From Octopus vulgaris (taxonomy: Eukaryota), in NCBI GenBank assembly GCA_951406725.2, contig OX597838.1, forward strand, positions 32,364,001 to 32,428,000: 64,000 nt of DNA. Direction: 5' to 3'. Made by a program: the position numbers and the translations under genes. Shown piece after piece: positions 63,746 through 64,000 of this stretch; positions within the stretch are counted from its first letter, which is position 1, and each line of letters opens with the position of its first letter. The notes below the pieces were generated by a model. The model saw nothing but the letters and a program-made list of their open reading frames with translations. It did not search any database and had not been told where the DNA came from.

Positions 63746-64000
63746 TAAAAAGTTCCAGCTGCTTGATTGCTATTTTATTTTATTGATCTCCAGAAACACA
63801 AAGTTGACTCCATCTTGATTTGAACAGATTGTTCTACTATTTGTTGAATCAATGGGTGAACCTCTCTGAGGTTGCTTAGCCTGCTAGAAAAAGCAGCTAT
63901 TGCACTCTACCACTTTGAATATCAAGACAGGACACATTCGATGATAATGTAGTTTTCATCTTCATCATCATCATCTGGTGAAGCTTGCTCAGATATTGTC

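Overview
AT-rich, microsatellite-dense animal genomic DNA. The repeat complement looks like that of an octopus or other coleoid cephalopod (inference). The only host coding sequence I can support is the first coding exon of a novel-class protein kinase C (PKC-epsilon / Aplysia Apl II type, C2 domain; 27667-27993, +). It lies downstream of a ~4.5 kb stretch with almost no transposons, and the remaining ~36 kb appears to be its first intron. The rest of the window is mobile DNA: at least four tRNA-headed SINE types, RTE-clade LINE fragments, Tc1 (DD36E), maT (DD37D) and mariner relics, a Helitron, a Helentron-type element, hAT-, piggyBac- and Mutator-like MITEs, and a 5S rRNA pseudogene. The most notable signal is a set of short non-coding inserts, mostly in (TA)n tracts and often with inverted repeats. 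At least 8 distinct sequence types carry type-I hammerhead ribozyme folds. Some have canonical cores with very long stem II, and others have recurring non-canonical cores. One is a ~200-bp near-perfect foldback with a hammerhead in each arm. They are probably Penelope-like retroelement termini or retrozyme-like elements. All coordinates and folds were read by eye.
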